Source: Hydrolagus affinis (taxonomy: Eukaryota). Taken from it: a stretch of DNA of 64,000 nucleotides. Under the pieces are notes generated by a model. That model had not been told where the DNA came from. It made no database searches and saw only the letters and a list, made by a program, of their open reading frames with translations. Of this stretch, positions 1-11,204 are shown piece after piece. How positions within the stretch are numbered: position 1 is the stretch's first letter; every line of letters begins with the position of its first letter. The stretch is from the NCBI GenBank assembly GCA_012026655.1, contig JAAILG010001161.1, positions 1-64,000 of the forward strand. Reading direction: 5' to 3'. The position numbers were made by a program, and so were the translations under genes.

Positions 1-471
1 CCTGAGATTAGCCAATCAAGATTTCTGTGGCTTGAAGTCACTTTCAGCCATAGCCTCCATTACCAAACCCAGATTTATTCTCCTCCGGTACCATCTTCTT
101 CGCCTAGAGAGCCTTTGTTTTTTTTTGTTTAAAAAAAAATTCAGTTTGGTGGGGGGTGTCCTGAAAAGTCATGATATCTACCCTGTTATCTAAAATAAAT
201 CATTATTTTTTTTTAAGGACAGGTTAGAGGTTGTAATGGTAACATGGTGATTTGGTCACCCTAGAAACTAAACATGCATTGCTCGTTGTCGCGTCTCTGT
301 CTCAGCCGATGCCTGAACGACGCCTAATAATATTGTGAACGCTGCCAGCAGTTTTTTTGTTGCAGTTAAACTCCTGATAGTTCAATCCTGGCTTCACTTG
401 TCACCACCACTTAAAGTCATCATATTGTCCTGGTATCATTTATTTTTTTAACGGTATCTGTACATCTTCAG

Positions 472-656
472 AATAATAAAAATTGGTCATTTTCGATCCA
501 CGGGTGTTTGTGGGGGGGACGCTGCCGTGCGCCATTGGCTTCCGCGTTTCGCCCACAAATACACAGTCACTGCACTTTACAGTCTATTCTGTGAAGCGCT
601 TTGAGACGTCGATAAGATGGGAAAAGCGCTATATCAAATGTAAGGATTATTATTAT
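472..656 (+). mobile_element. Young tRNA-SINE family, 3' half
   Basis: ataaaaattggtcatt...cgcccacaaatacacagtc...gaagcgctttgagacgtc...aaggattattatt, a tail repeated more than 20 times in the window. Confidence 0.9.
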
Positions 657-738
657 CACATATCTGTACATGTGAGCGATACATCTGCACTAATTTTGTT
701 GTCGTCGTTGTTGTTGTGATATGATAACCAGTCTTATC

Positions 739-1153
739 CCGTTGCTCTCTCCGCTGCAACCTTTGTTCCTCTCACCTTCTGGCTACACCTCTTTTCTTTC
801 TTGAGGTCCCGTCACTCGCTTATCCCCCTCCTCGACCTCCAACCACCCCGTCCTGCTGTCACCTCTGTCTCCCCCCACACTCTGGAACTCCCCAGACACA
901 GTCCCTTCGCCTCGCTCCTTCCCTTGCCTCCTTCAAGGCCGGTCTCAAGACCCCCCCACTCTTCGACCATGCCTTCTGCTGCCCTCCCAACTCCTTCCCT
1001 CCCCTCCTAACTCTCTCTCCACCCCTCCACCCCCCTCTCCCCTCTACACTGCCCCTCTCCCTTGCTAGGGTCCCGACCTGACCGTTCAGCGCCTTGGGAC
1101 GTCCTTTCGACGTGAAAGGCGCTCAATCAATGTCATTTTATTGTTGTTGTTGC
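739..1153 (+). mobile_element. L2-clade LINE 3' fragment
   Basis: ctctggaactccc...ccttcaaggccggtctcaagacc (degenerate LWNS..FK..LKT), C-rich 3' UTR, tail agcgccttgggacgtcctttcgacgtgaaaggcgct...(TTG)n. Confidence 0.85.
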
Positions 1154-1572
1154 TTCACTCAAGGCGCCCCCAAAACCCCAGCCCGTTTTCAATCTCCAAG
1201 CTCAGAAAACCAACAGTGGGACACAGACACTCAAGGCGTGTTTAGTTGCCCAGTGAAGCTCCCTCCACAACGACTCCCGATCCTGAAAATAGCATCTATT
1301 AATCTCTTCCGTGTAATTTTAAGGAGCCAACGCTCCTGTGTTTCAACAACACAGCCCAGCAACAGGCGCCGAGCCAACCATCTCCCAGGGGCAAAGAAAT
1401 TCCATCATGTGTTACAAAACACCCGTGAGCTCACTGAATCAACGTGTCCTCGGCTTCGGATTCTGCCCGGCTCCTTAGGATTCGGCTCCGCACGTTCCCT
1501 CGGTGAGAAATGGCAGCGACTTTCCATCATTCTGCAGCGGCGAGAGATCCAGGGCAATGGCCAAAGCCATGC

Positions 1573-1681
1573 GTGGAGTGTCCTGTAGCTCCAGCGGGTT
1601 AGAGCGCTCGCCTTACAAACGTGAGGCCTGTGTTTCGAATCCAGGCAGGTCAGGGTGAAACCTCGGGCAAGTTTCTTTACT

Positions 1682-1727
<46 letters not shown>

Positions 1728-1876
1728 CTAATAATAATCCGTCCCAAAAATACCACAATAATAAAAATTGGTCATTTCAGTCCACGACTGTTTGTGGGGT
1801 ATTCGAGACGTCTCAAAGCGTTTCACAGGATGCACTGTAAAGCCTCAAAGTGACTGTGTGTTTTGTGGGCGAAACG
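1573..1876 (+). mobile_element. tRNA-SINE head with internal (CA)n, followed by an inverted tail segment
   Basis: A box (tagctccagcgg) and B box (tttcgaatcc), (CA)n at about 1683-1723; 1800-1876 is tail sequence in the opposite orientation. Confidence 0.85.
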
Positions 1877-3109
1877 AGTTTCAATGCCGAACGGTTGCAA
1901 GTGGCCTTAATTTTATTTGTCACTTTGATCTACATCAGGTAACTGGTTAACTCTGGTAACTCTGATCTTTGGCTGTGCCTGGGCTGGCGCTGTGATGTGT
2001 GAAATAGGCTGGAGTTAGCGTGGAAGATTAACATTAGACTGTGACTGGCGTTAAACAGGGCAGTTAATATTTAAACCTGCTCTTGTGACTCAATGAAACA
2101 TTCACAGCAAAGAAAGTTTCACGCAGAGAGAGTGTTAGCGGTGCGTCACTCGTTAAACTCTCCAGGTTGTGTGGCAGGAATGGTTCATTTTGACTTATCT
2201 GGAGATTCACTAGATAGCGAACAAGAGTTGGATCCTTAGTTTATCTGCTCCTCTCGTGCCCATTGCTCCTTACTTGCCCTCTCAGCTATCGGAGGCAACG
2301 ACCAGACAAAGTATAAGCAAACAAGTTCAGGGAGAGAGAGAGAGAAATAACAAAAAAAACTATCCCTCAACACAAAATAAATAGAAATCAGCGTCTGAAC
2401 AAGTGAAAGCTGTCTCCTTCATCTCTAGGCTTCCCCCACGCTCTTCTGATGAAGATATTGCTTGTCCCTGGAGATTGAGTTCTGAATAACGCAGGAGGCA
2501 GCGAACATCGGCTTCCGTCCGTTTGGCAGGAGCTGGCTCGGAGCCTGGGACGTCACGCTCCTTTAAGCACACAGCCGAGCCTCAGACAAGTGCCACATGG
2601 TCCGTGGGTGTTGATCAAGCGTTGGAGAAGCCTGATCCACTCGTCAACTCGGGAAACTGTTTCACCGTGACTCCCCAGCCAGGGTGTGGGGAGGAAAAAC
2701 ACTTTTGTTTAAAAAGAGCCATCAGCTATGAGACATATTGATTTGTCTCTCTCTCTCTCTCTCTCTCTCCCTCTCCCTGCCTTTAATTTAGCTGCGGTCA
2801 GGAGAAGTCTATTAACAAGTCGGTTTCACTTAAAGTGTGACTGTTCGAATCAATCCGAAGTTATCGTCTTACACTCTCCTATCCGCTGCGTATCTCCGCA
2901 TCTAAGTATCTGCTGCATTCTTCATATAATATTGCCTTTCATTTCATATCGCAACTATAATGTGGAAAGGCTGAACTATTTCACAGGGTTTTCTACAAAG
3001 TAGAAAATGTACTTTGCATTTGTGGGCGAATCTAACAGCCAATTTGTAAACAGCAATTTTTCAAAAACAGCTTTGATTTGTGTGGCCAATTTTATCTGGA
3101 GGAGAGGAC

Positions 3110-3392
3110 ATCAGCGCTTCCTAGAATGTACTGTAAAGTGAATTGACTGTATATATTTGTGGGCAGCCGATTGCACACAGCGGCGTCCCCACAAACAGTC
3201 GTGGATTGAAATGACCAATTTCATTATTGTGTTGTTTTTTTTTGAAGGGATTATTATTAGGCCTGTGTGTGTGTGTGTGTGTGTGGAGTAAGGAAACCTG
3301 CCTAAGGTTTTGCCCTGATCTGCCTGGATTCGAACAGAGGTCTCACCCGTGTAAGGCGAGCGCTCTAACCACTGAGCCCCAGGAGCTCCACA
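3110..3392 (-). mobile_element. Young tRNA-SINE, near full length
   Basis: Reverse complement of head (tggagctcctggggctcagtggttagagcgctcgcc...gttcgaatcc), then (CA)n and tail. Confidence 0.9.
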
Positions 3393-4104
3393 TTTACATT
3401 ACATTGAATATAATGCCTTTCACATTGGGAGAATTGTCTCAGAGAAGTTCACACAGCTAGCTGGGGGCCAGACAAGGACCCTGGTTGAAGAGTTCTAGAT
3501 TGGTCTGCATCTTGGTGAATAGTGAGCAGGGCAGCTGTCCTAACTGACTGCCTAACCTTACGTAAGATTGATTTTGAATCCTCTCACCCCCTCCTCCTCC
3601 CACCCCTCCCTCCCCACCCCCACTCAGTATTTTTGCTCTCCGATCCCAAGGTCAGGTTGTGTTCCAAACATTTGTCAAGCACGAAGTGCAAAATTGGCAG
3701 AAGTCGTATCCCTTTGAATTAAACTAAATCTTTACGCGAGACAGCCTCTACGCAGTGGCATTTTATTGTTGTGGGAATGGCCTTTATAATGTACCTAGAA
3801 GAAGCCAAACTGTTTGAGATTAGATTTTAGCAGACCTTATGATTTATTAAATCTCCGGGAGATGAAAGCGCAATTGAAATAAATTTCAGAAAAATGCATC
3901 ACCGCTAAATTGTTTTTGGATGGAATTAATTTCTAAAAAAGCATGAAGAACCGTGGAAGCAATTTTTGACATACTTTTAGAACCGTGAAATTAATATTGT
4001 GGCTGTGCAAGTATGTAATCAGTTAGTCTGTGTCTATTCTAGAGACTTGATTAGAAATATCTTCAAGTGTTATCTTTAGCATCTAGTGTACTTGGCGAAG
4101 ACAA

Positions 4105-4478
4105 GATAATAATAAAATATAATCCTTGTATTTGATACAGGGCCTTATCGTATCCCAAAGCGCTCCACAGAATATACCGCAAAGTGAATTGACTTCATAT
4201 TCAGTGTATTTTGTAGTGGACGAAATGCGGCAGCCAACTGCGCACTGCGGTGACCCACAAACAGTTGTAGATTGAGTGACCAAATATTTTTTTTAAGGAG
4301 TTATTACCCCTGAAAAAAGCGATCCGCCAATCGACCAACGAGAAGGTTCCTACTTACTGCCAGGCAAACAGAGTGTGTAGTAAGGAAATTGGTGAACGTT
4401 TTGCCCGGCCAGGAATTGAACCCAGGTTCCTCTCGCTTGTGAAGTGGGTGCTCTAACCGCTAAGCTACAGCACTCACA
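4105..4478 (-). mobile_element. tRNA-SINE, long form with extra central segment
   Basis: Same head and tail as the young family, but ctctgtttgcctggcagtaagtagg... replaces the (CA)n. Confidence 0.85.
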
Positions 4479-5559
4479 AGACATGAAATTAACCAACGAA
4501 ATCCACTTGATTCCTGCTCCGGTGAGATCCAGGATGGGAGAGACACCTAAATACCACAGGCTGAGGATCGGAGTGTGATTTCCTGACGTATAAGGACCAT
4601 TAAAGTAATTTGTTTCTGCTTTTTACCATTGAGCAGCTTCTTTTAGGTGAAAGTTCATGTTGCTACGTGTGCAAAGGTTTTCCATTCACTTGAGTATAAT
4701 TGGATCCTGTGCTGGAGTGCAAAGGTAAGACTAATACTCTTTTACGGTGAGGGTGTGTGTGTGTAAAAAAAAGACATAAAGCGAGGCAGAAAATTAGGTA
4801 CTTGGAGAGAAAGAAGACTTAGAGACAGGGGTAGAAATCAGAGAGAGAGAGAGGCGGGCACAGTGGACTACAGTGACAATAGAACACCTGATTAAATAAT
4901 TATTTAATTAGCTCTGCAGGCAATTTGTATTTTACTTGATGTTCAATTATCTACACCCTTTGCTTCCTTCCCCACAGTGGGATTGCTTCCCAATTAATGT
5001 CTAGAAGACGCGAAAAGCACGATATCAAATGCAAGGATTATTATCGTTATCGACTCTTTAATGCGTCAATAATTGTCGTCATCAAAGTTCACCAGCGAAG
5101 CGTTGTTTGGATCTGGCTTGTTCTTATCTGTCGGAAGCAAATGAGATGGATTGTTAGTTAGGAGATAATGTCATGGTATAGAGTCCACAGTTTGTGACAT
5201 GGTATGTGCAAGTGACTGAACATGTAGCTCTCCTACAAGTAAAATGTAGGAGATGTGCCCCCGCACTGGCTGAATTCATAATCATTTGGTCGCTTTCAAC
5301 GTCACGTCATCAACCCTAATGACCCAGAAATCGACCATTATTTTAACGCATAGGAAGAGTGCTGGCTGCCAGTGAAACCCATGCGCAATGAAACTAGTTA
5401 ACGTAGCCTCCTTATGATGCTGGTTGGCATTTGGTGTACCCCAACCACCATGTTTTAAGCGCTCCGAGACGCTGCCCAATGTGAAAGGTGTGATATCAAT
5501 GCAAGTTGTTGCGTTGAAACAGGGCTGTCCTTCAGTGTGAGTCCATAAGAGTGTAATAT

Positions 5560-5785
5560 ATAATAATCCCTCCAAAAACCACAATAATAAAATTGGGGGT
5601 CATTGCAATCCATGACTGTTTGTGTGAACGCTGCTGTGCGTAATTGGCTGCTGCGTTTCGCTCACAAATATACAATCAATTCACTTTACAGTATATTCTG
5701 TGAAGCGCTTTGAGACGTCTAGAAGACGTGAAAAGCGCTATATCAAATGCAAGGATTATTATTATTATTAATAATATTATTATTG
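5560..5785 (+). mobile_element. Young tRNA-SINE, 3' half
   Basis: Near-consensus tail ending in (TTA)n. Confidence 0.9.
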
Positions 5786-7245
5786 ATGTGTATCCAAGCC
5801 GGGGGCAAGTTCTTCTGACATTAATCTGAAATCTTACACAGAAGAAGTTATTCATTGAATGAGAGGAGAACCTTGAGACAAAGAACAGCAGCCAGAAGGG
5901 AACATGCGTTGAAGGAAACGAGAGGGAGAACCGGGGAAATCTCTTTGGTGGAGACGATGGTATAAAAGAATGGCGGACGGAAGGAAAGGACAAATGTAAG
6001 GAGAGGGTGAGTTCACACCGGTGCAAGACGAGATGAAGAAGAAGTCTCCTTTTTTTCTAACGGGGAATACTTTGTACTTGCACGATGATTTGGAAGTTTG
6101 CCCCTTAGGTGGTCAGACTGTTTATCAAAGAGTCATATTGTATAATGTATCATGGCAAAGGAGAGAGAGAGAGAGAGAGAGGGGGAGACAGATAGCCCAG
6201 GTCTTATCCAATTTCCGATTTAAGGCTTCAGATATCATTGTGGCTCATAATCACAGCTGCAGCCAAAGGCGGCACCTTTTTCACAGGGAACTGTACAGGT
6301 ATTTACAATACTCCTAATCTCTGGTTGGAATGACAGTATCTGGCTGCCCACGTCATTCAGCCTCTTGACCCTCTCCTTTCACAGAATTCTTTTGACGCGC
6401 CATAAACCTGCAGAGACCAGCTCAGAACACGATTGCGACAACATTGTGGTCTTTGTACCTCCTCCGTTTGAATCCTGTGAGTAGAATCTGTACGCTTTGA
6501 GGTGAACTTAAATAAATCCGCTTCAAAACATATGGGTGATGACAAAATATCAATAAGATCCACTGGAGTTTTACAGTCCGTACATAACTTGGTGAGACAC
6601 GGACAGTAATTCTGTTTTGATCAATCTCTCAAGTCCTTATTTGTGCAAAATATCTGGCTGTATAAGGAGGAATGGATGATGTGGAAAGTGTTCAGGCTTG
6701 AATTCAGTGCCCTGAGGTCTGAGTGGAGATTTCTATGTCTCGTCTGTCTTCAGGATATCGTGCCAAGGAACCACCACTGAAAATAATAGCAATAATCTTT
6801 GCATTTAAAATCTTTGCATTTGCCTTATCGTGCTGGTTGAGACGTCTCAGAGCGCTCTGCGAGATGCACTGTCAACGTAAGAATTTGCGAGGCGAAAGAA
6901 AACCGAGGTCTGTCTAGTTTGCCTTCCCCCAATCTGGGAGTTGCTTGATATGACATGCCCCAAACTACACACTGTATCCCATGAGAAAGTGCAGTGACTG
7001 TGTGTTTTGTGACCGAAAAAAGACAAGACGTTTAATCAGGAACGGAAACCTTGGATCATACCTAGCCTAACAGAGCATCCACATTGTCCAAACAGAGACA
7101 AGGCAACAGCACAGAGAGGGATTGGCTTAGCTCCACATAGCAATGAATTTTGTTATTGTGTGATTTGTTTCATAACAGTTTCTCATTTGCATTTTGAACT
7201 CTAGTATTCTGCTTTGAATGCCGTTCTCAAACTGTACAACCAGAC

Positions 7246-7436
7246 CAATAATAAAAATTGGTCATTTCAACCCACGACTGTTTGTGGGGGGGGAACGCTG
7301 CTGTGCGCAATTGGCTGCCGCGTTTCGCCCACAAATATACAGTCGATTCACTCTACAGTGTATTCAGTGAAGCGCCTTGAGACGTCGATAAGATGCGAAA
7401 AGCGCTATGTCAAATGCAAGGATTATTCTTATTATT
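7246..7436 (+). mobile_element. Young tRNA-SINE, 3' half
   Basis: Matches the family tail. Confidence 0.9.
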
Positions 7437-7997
7437 TAACCAAGGCAGCAGTCGTCAATGGCTTTCAAACCTGAAGCCAACACATCCGCAGAATGAATAA
7501 CATACAACTAATCCAAACAGTAAGAATCCACTGGGACCGACTGAACAGCTCTTTAATCTAGCCTGCTCTTACTTATCAACATTTCATTATATTCCATTAA
7601 AGCATGTGAAATTGGAACTTAGCCAGGACCGCTGGTGTTTGCTGATCTCTGATAAGTCTATTATTCCAGGTAGTTGGTTCCCTTGTTACCGTCGACTTAA
7701 ATAGGGCGGCATTCCAGAGAAAAGATAGGCAATTAAATCCTCACTGATGGATGGGTGAAAGACTTTGAAAATCAAGTCGCAGCTGATGTGTAGCACTTTT
7801 TGTTACGTTTAAAATTGAAACACTTAACTAAGAGATGGCGTGAGAATGTCAATGCGCTGACAACTAGTGAAATTATCTGGTTCCTGAGATCACAGGGTGG
7901 TTCCCATGTCCACATGTTACAACTGCAAATAACTCGCCCAACGTTCAGACCCCAAACATGGTCTAATAACTGCAGCCCGATGCTTGGATGAGAATAT

Positions 7998-8325
7998 AAA
8001 TAATAACAATCCTTGCATTTGATATCGCGGCTTTTCACACCTTATCGACGTCTCAAAGCGCTTCACAGAATATACTGTAAAGTGAATTGACTGTATATTT
8101 GTGGGCGAATCTCGGCAGCCAATTGCGCACAGCAGCGTCCCCAACAAACAGTCGTGGATTGAAATGACCAATTTTATTATTGTGGTTTTTTGGGACGGAT
8201 TATTATTAGGCGTGTGAAGTAGGGAAACTTGCCCAAAGTTTCACCCTGACCTGCCTGGATTCGAACACAGGTCTCCCCAGCTTGCAAGAACAAGTGCGCT
8301 AACCACTAAGCCACAGGAACTCCAC
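7998..8325 (-). mobile_element. Young tRNA-SINE, full length
   Basis: tRNA head with A/B boxes plus complete tail on the minus strand. Confidence 0.9.
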
Positions 8326-8479
8326 GTACGGGAAGGTTGGTGTCATTGTGGTTACGAGATCAGCAAGGGTGGAGAGCATTCAGAGAGGAGACATGAAATT
8401 AGCATTGTGGCTAATTGATGCTGCTGAAATTGTCTTCGAATGAAAAGTGATCATTTTGTACTTATGTATAATTGATTAG

Positions 8480-8648
8480 TGAAGAATTTTCAATCCTCGA
8501 CTGGTTGTGGGATACAGCTGCGCGCAATTGGCTGCTATGTTTCACTCATGTGTTTACAGTCAATTAACTGTACAATATATTCTGTGAAGTGATTTGAGAC
8601 GTCTAGAAGACGTGAAAGAGCTATATCGAATGCAAGATTATTATTATC
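8480..8648 (+). mobile_element. tRNA-SINE 3' half
   Basis: Matches the family tail, moderately diverged. Confidence 0.8.
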
Positions 8649-9954
8649 TTCGTCCAAAACAAATATCAGATCCACATGGAAAGTCATATATCATATATAT
8701 GTATCATTAAGGCAATCTGTGGAGAAGATTTATATAATAATAATTTCATACAGCACTTTAACACGTCTTCGAGATGTCTCACAGCACTTCAAATGTCAGG
8801 AGCCAATTTTATTTTACAACAGCCTATCCGGCCTTGTGGGTAATGCTAATCTGTTCATCTGGTCAAATGAGTTTGGCACCCCTGGATGAAGCTGCTGTGA
8901 AGATGTACGCATGACTAAGAACTGGTTCGATGTTATCCGAAGCGAAGTTCCGCATCTTATCCAAGGAAACCCCACTTATCTAATGTGGCCAACATTCAAA
9001 ACCGATGAGAAATATGGAAGGCCAGCGTGGCAGACACTTGGGGAACAATGCCAAAGTTAGCGGAAATGTCATTCAAACATTTTGAAAGACATCAGTTAGT
9101 ATTTCCGGACTGAATTGTTGATGAGGCGTTATGACAGCACCTTGGGACGTCCTCCTGACGTGAAAAATGCTATACAAGTGTAATTTTGTTGTTGTTATTA
9201 TGGCCAAAAAAAAGCCTATTTTCCTCTCTCTGATCATGATTGAACTGATGTGCGTTTAAAGCATTTTACTGTGATTTTTTTCTTCAGATTTCCAACATTT
9301 TGTAGTGTTTTCATTTTCATCCAGGAATTCAACTTATTCCAATATTTTTCCCTCCCCACCCCAATCAAAGAAAAAAATGACTCCCCGTATCAAAATAAAC
9401 CATTTTGGATTCTCGCCGTGCTGTTCTGCGTAGAGAGGTACACGTTAGCTTTTGCCCGCTTCCATTTGTTTTCATCCACCAAGAACCCATGAATTGTTTA
9501 AACAGTTGTTGGAATTGTCCTTTCTGTAAGCCTCTAAGGTCATTAATCTATTGGCCATTCCATTCACTGCTTGTAACCTTTCCTGAGATATCTCTAATCA
9601 GAAACTCATGAAATTCTTGACTGTGGAGCTTACAGCACACTTGCCTGTGCGGGCCTGTAATATAATTTTTTTTTTCAGCGACTGGTGCTGTGGATTGAAT
9701 TGTACCTGTGGTATATATTGAGGGTAAATTTCACATCCTCGGGGGATTCTAGAATTCCTTCTCGACACACATATCGTGCAAGTCCAAACTTGGCCTCACC
9801 CAGTATGTGGAGAAAACAAGTCAGGGTGGATGATTCCTTGCCCAAGCAGATGGAGACCGAACGCAATGTCCCTCCAGTTCCCAACTCTTTCTCACTGGAA
9901 ATTGACGGGGGGTCTACACGGGGTATTACCGCACCACGTGGTTCCTTTACCTAA

Positions 9955-10165
9955 CCGAGCAACTCCGCGGCCTTGCTCCTTTTCACCTTCTCATGTCGCA
10001 TTCATCTGTCCGCCCCTTCCACATCACCTGCCAACCCTGCTCACCCCCCCCCCCCCACCCCCCCACCATCGCTCCGTCCCACAGTCCCTCTGCCTTCCTC
10101 TCTCTGCCTTGCTTCATTCGAAATCCCAATCCCTGCCAAGCGCCTTGGGATGTCCTCCGGATAAT
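9955..10165 (+). mobile_element. L2 LINE 3' fragment
   Basis: C-rich tract ending in aagcgccttgggatgtcctcc. Confidence 0.65.
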
Positions 10166-11009
10166 GGAAGGGGCTGTGCTGGTCGTCGTTGAGCTATTGA
10201 GGGAATCCAAGCCTTGCAGCCAGCTGTTCCATTCAGAAGCCATAAGGAAACACAGCTTCCTACTTTGCTATGGTTTTTTTCCCTCCACCACTCACTAACT
10301 TGTGATCTTCCACACATTTCCCCACACATCACCGCAATTATGAAATATCACCAATTTAGACAGTTAGACAGAAGACAATTACACACTATTTAGAAGCGGC
10401 AAATACCGAGCCCTTCTGAGTCAGAACAATAACAGATGGTAGTTTTGGAGGGAGAGAGAGAGAGAGAGAGAGAGAGAATCGCAGACTGTGAGATATTCAA
10501 GCGCAGAATCGATGGGTAGCAATAAGTAGCATTGTATTTGTTTGTATGCTGTGAATCAAGGTGAGAAGTGGCCTAAATGATCAGACTGACAGTAGAGTGT
10601 ACTCCAGGCATAAGGGGGCAGCTGCTGTGGTTCTTTGTGTGTGTTGGTTCCTCACCTGTCCCTGCTTTTCAATGGCTTCCATCTTGCTCTGTATGTCAGG
10701 AGTGTAATTAATTTACAAAGAGCTGCTTGTGGAGCATCCAGGTGCAACGAGTCTGCAGACTTGCATCTGACAAGGAGATTAGGCAGAAATTTATACTGTT
10801 GAAGTAACAAGAGCTATTTCCAAACTGATTGGTGTACGTTTGTCACACAGAGAAAGAAAGCGGGGCATACCTGGAATGTGCGTGTGACTTTTGATGAAGG
10901 ATAATAAAAAAATGTAGATAAGGGAAGGTTTTTGTTTAAAAGAAAAAATTGTATTAAAAAGTACAATGAAATTCAACATTGCCTAGTTGACTCTTATTAC
11001 TGATATTCT

Positions 11010-11190
11010 CAATAATTGTTCATTTCAATCCACGACTGCTTGTGGGGGAACACTGCCGTGCGCAATTGGCTGCCGCGTTTTGCCCACAAATACATAGTCA
11101 ATTCACTTTACAGTATGTTCTGTGACGCGCTTTGAAACGTCGATAAGACATGAAAAGCGCTATATCAAAATGCAAGGATTATTATTATTT
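11010..11190 (+). mobile_element. Young tRNA-SINE, 3' half
   Basis: Matches the family tail. Confidence 0.9.
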
Positions 11191-11204
11191 ATTACTATAA
11201 TACA

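Noticed and set aside
455-671. TATCTGTACAT on both sides of a SINE fragment (possible target-site duplication)
   Set aside because: Offset by several nucleotides from both element ends; cannot be confirmed.
483-719. Recurrent ORFs with [15 protein letters not shown]...CKDYYY (also at 7214, 7917, 13344, 25510, 31645, 57185)
   Set aside because: These are translations of the non-coding SINE tail, not a protein family.
1573-1650. tRNA-Val(TAC)-like sequences here and at about 3320, 8250, 13620, 19310 and 57215
   Set aside because: They are SINE heads with no closing acceptor stem, and they continue into SINE body.
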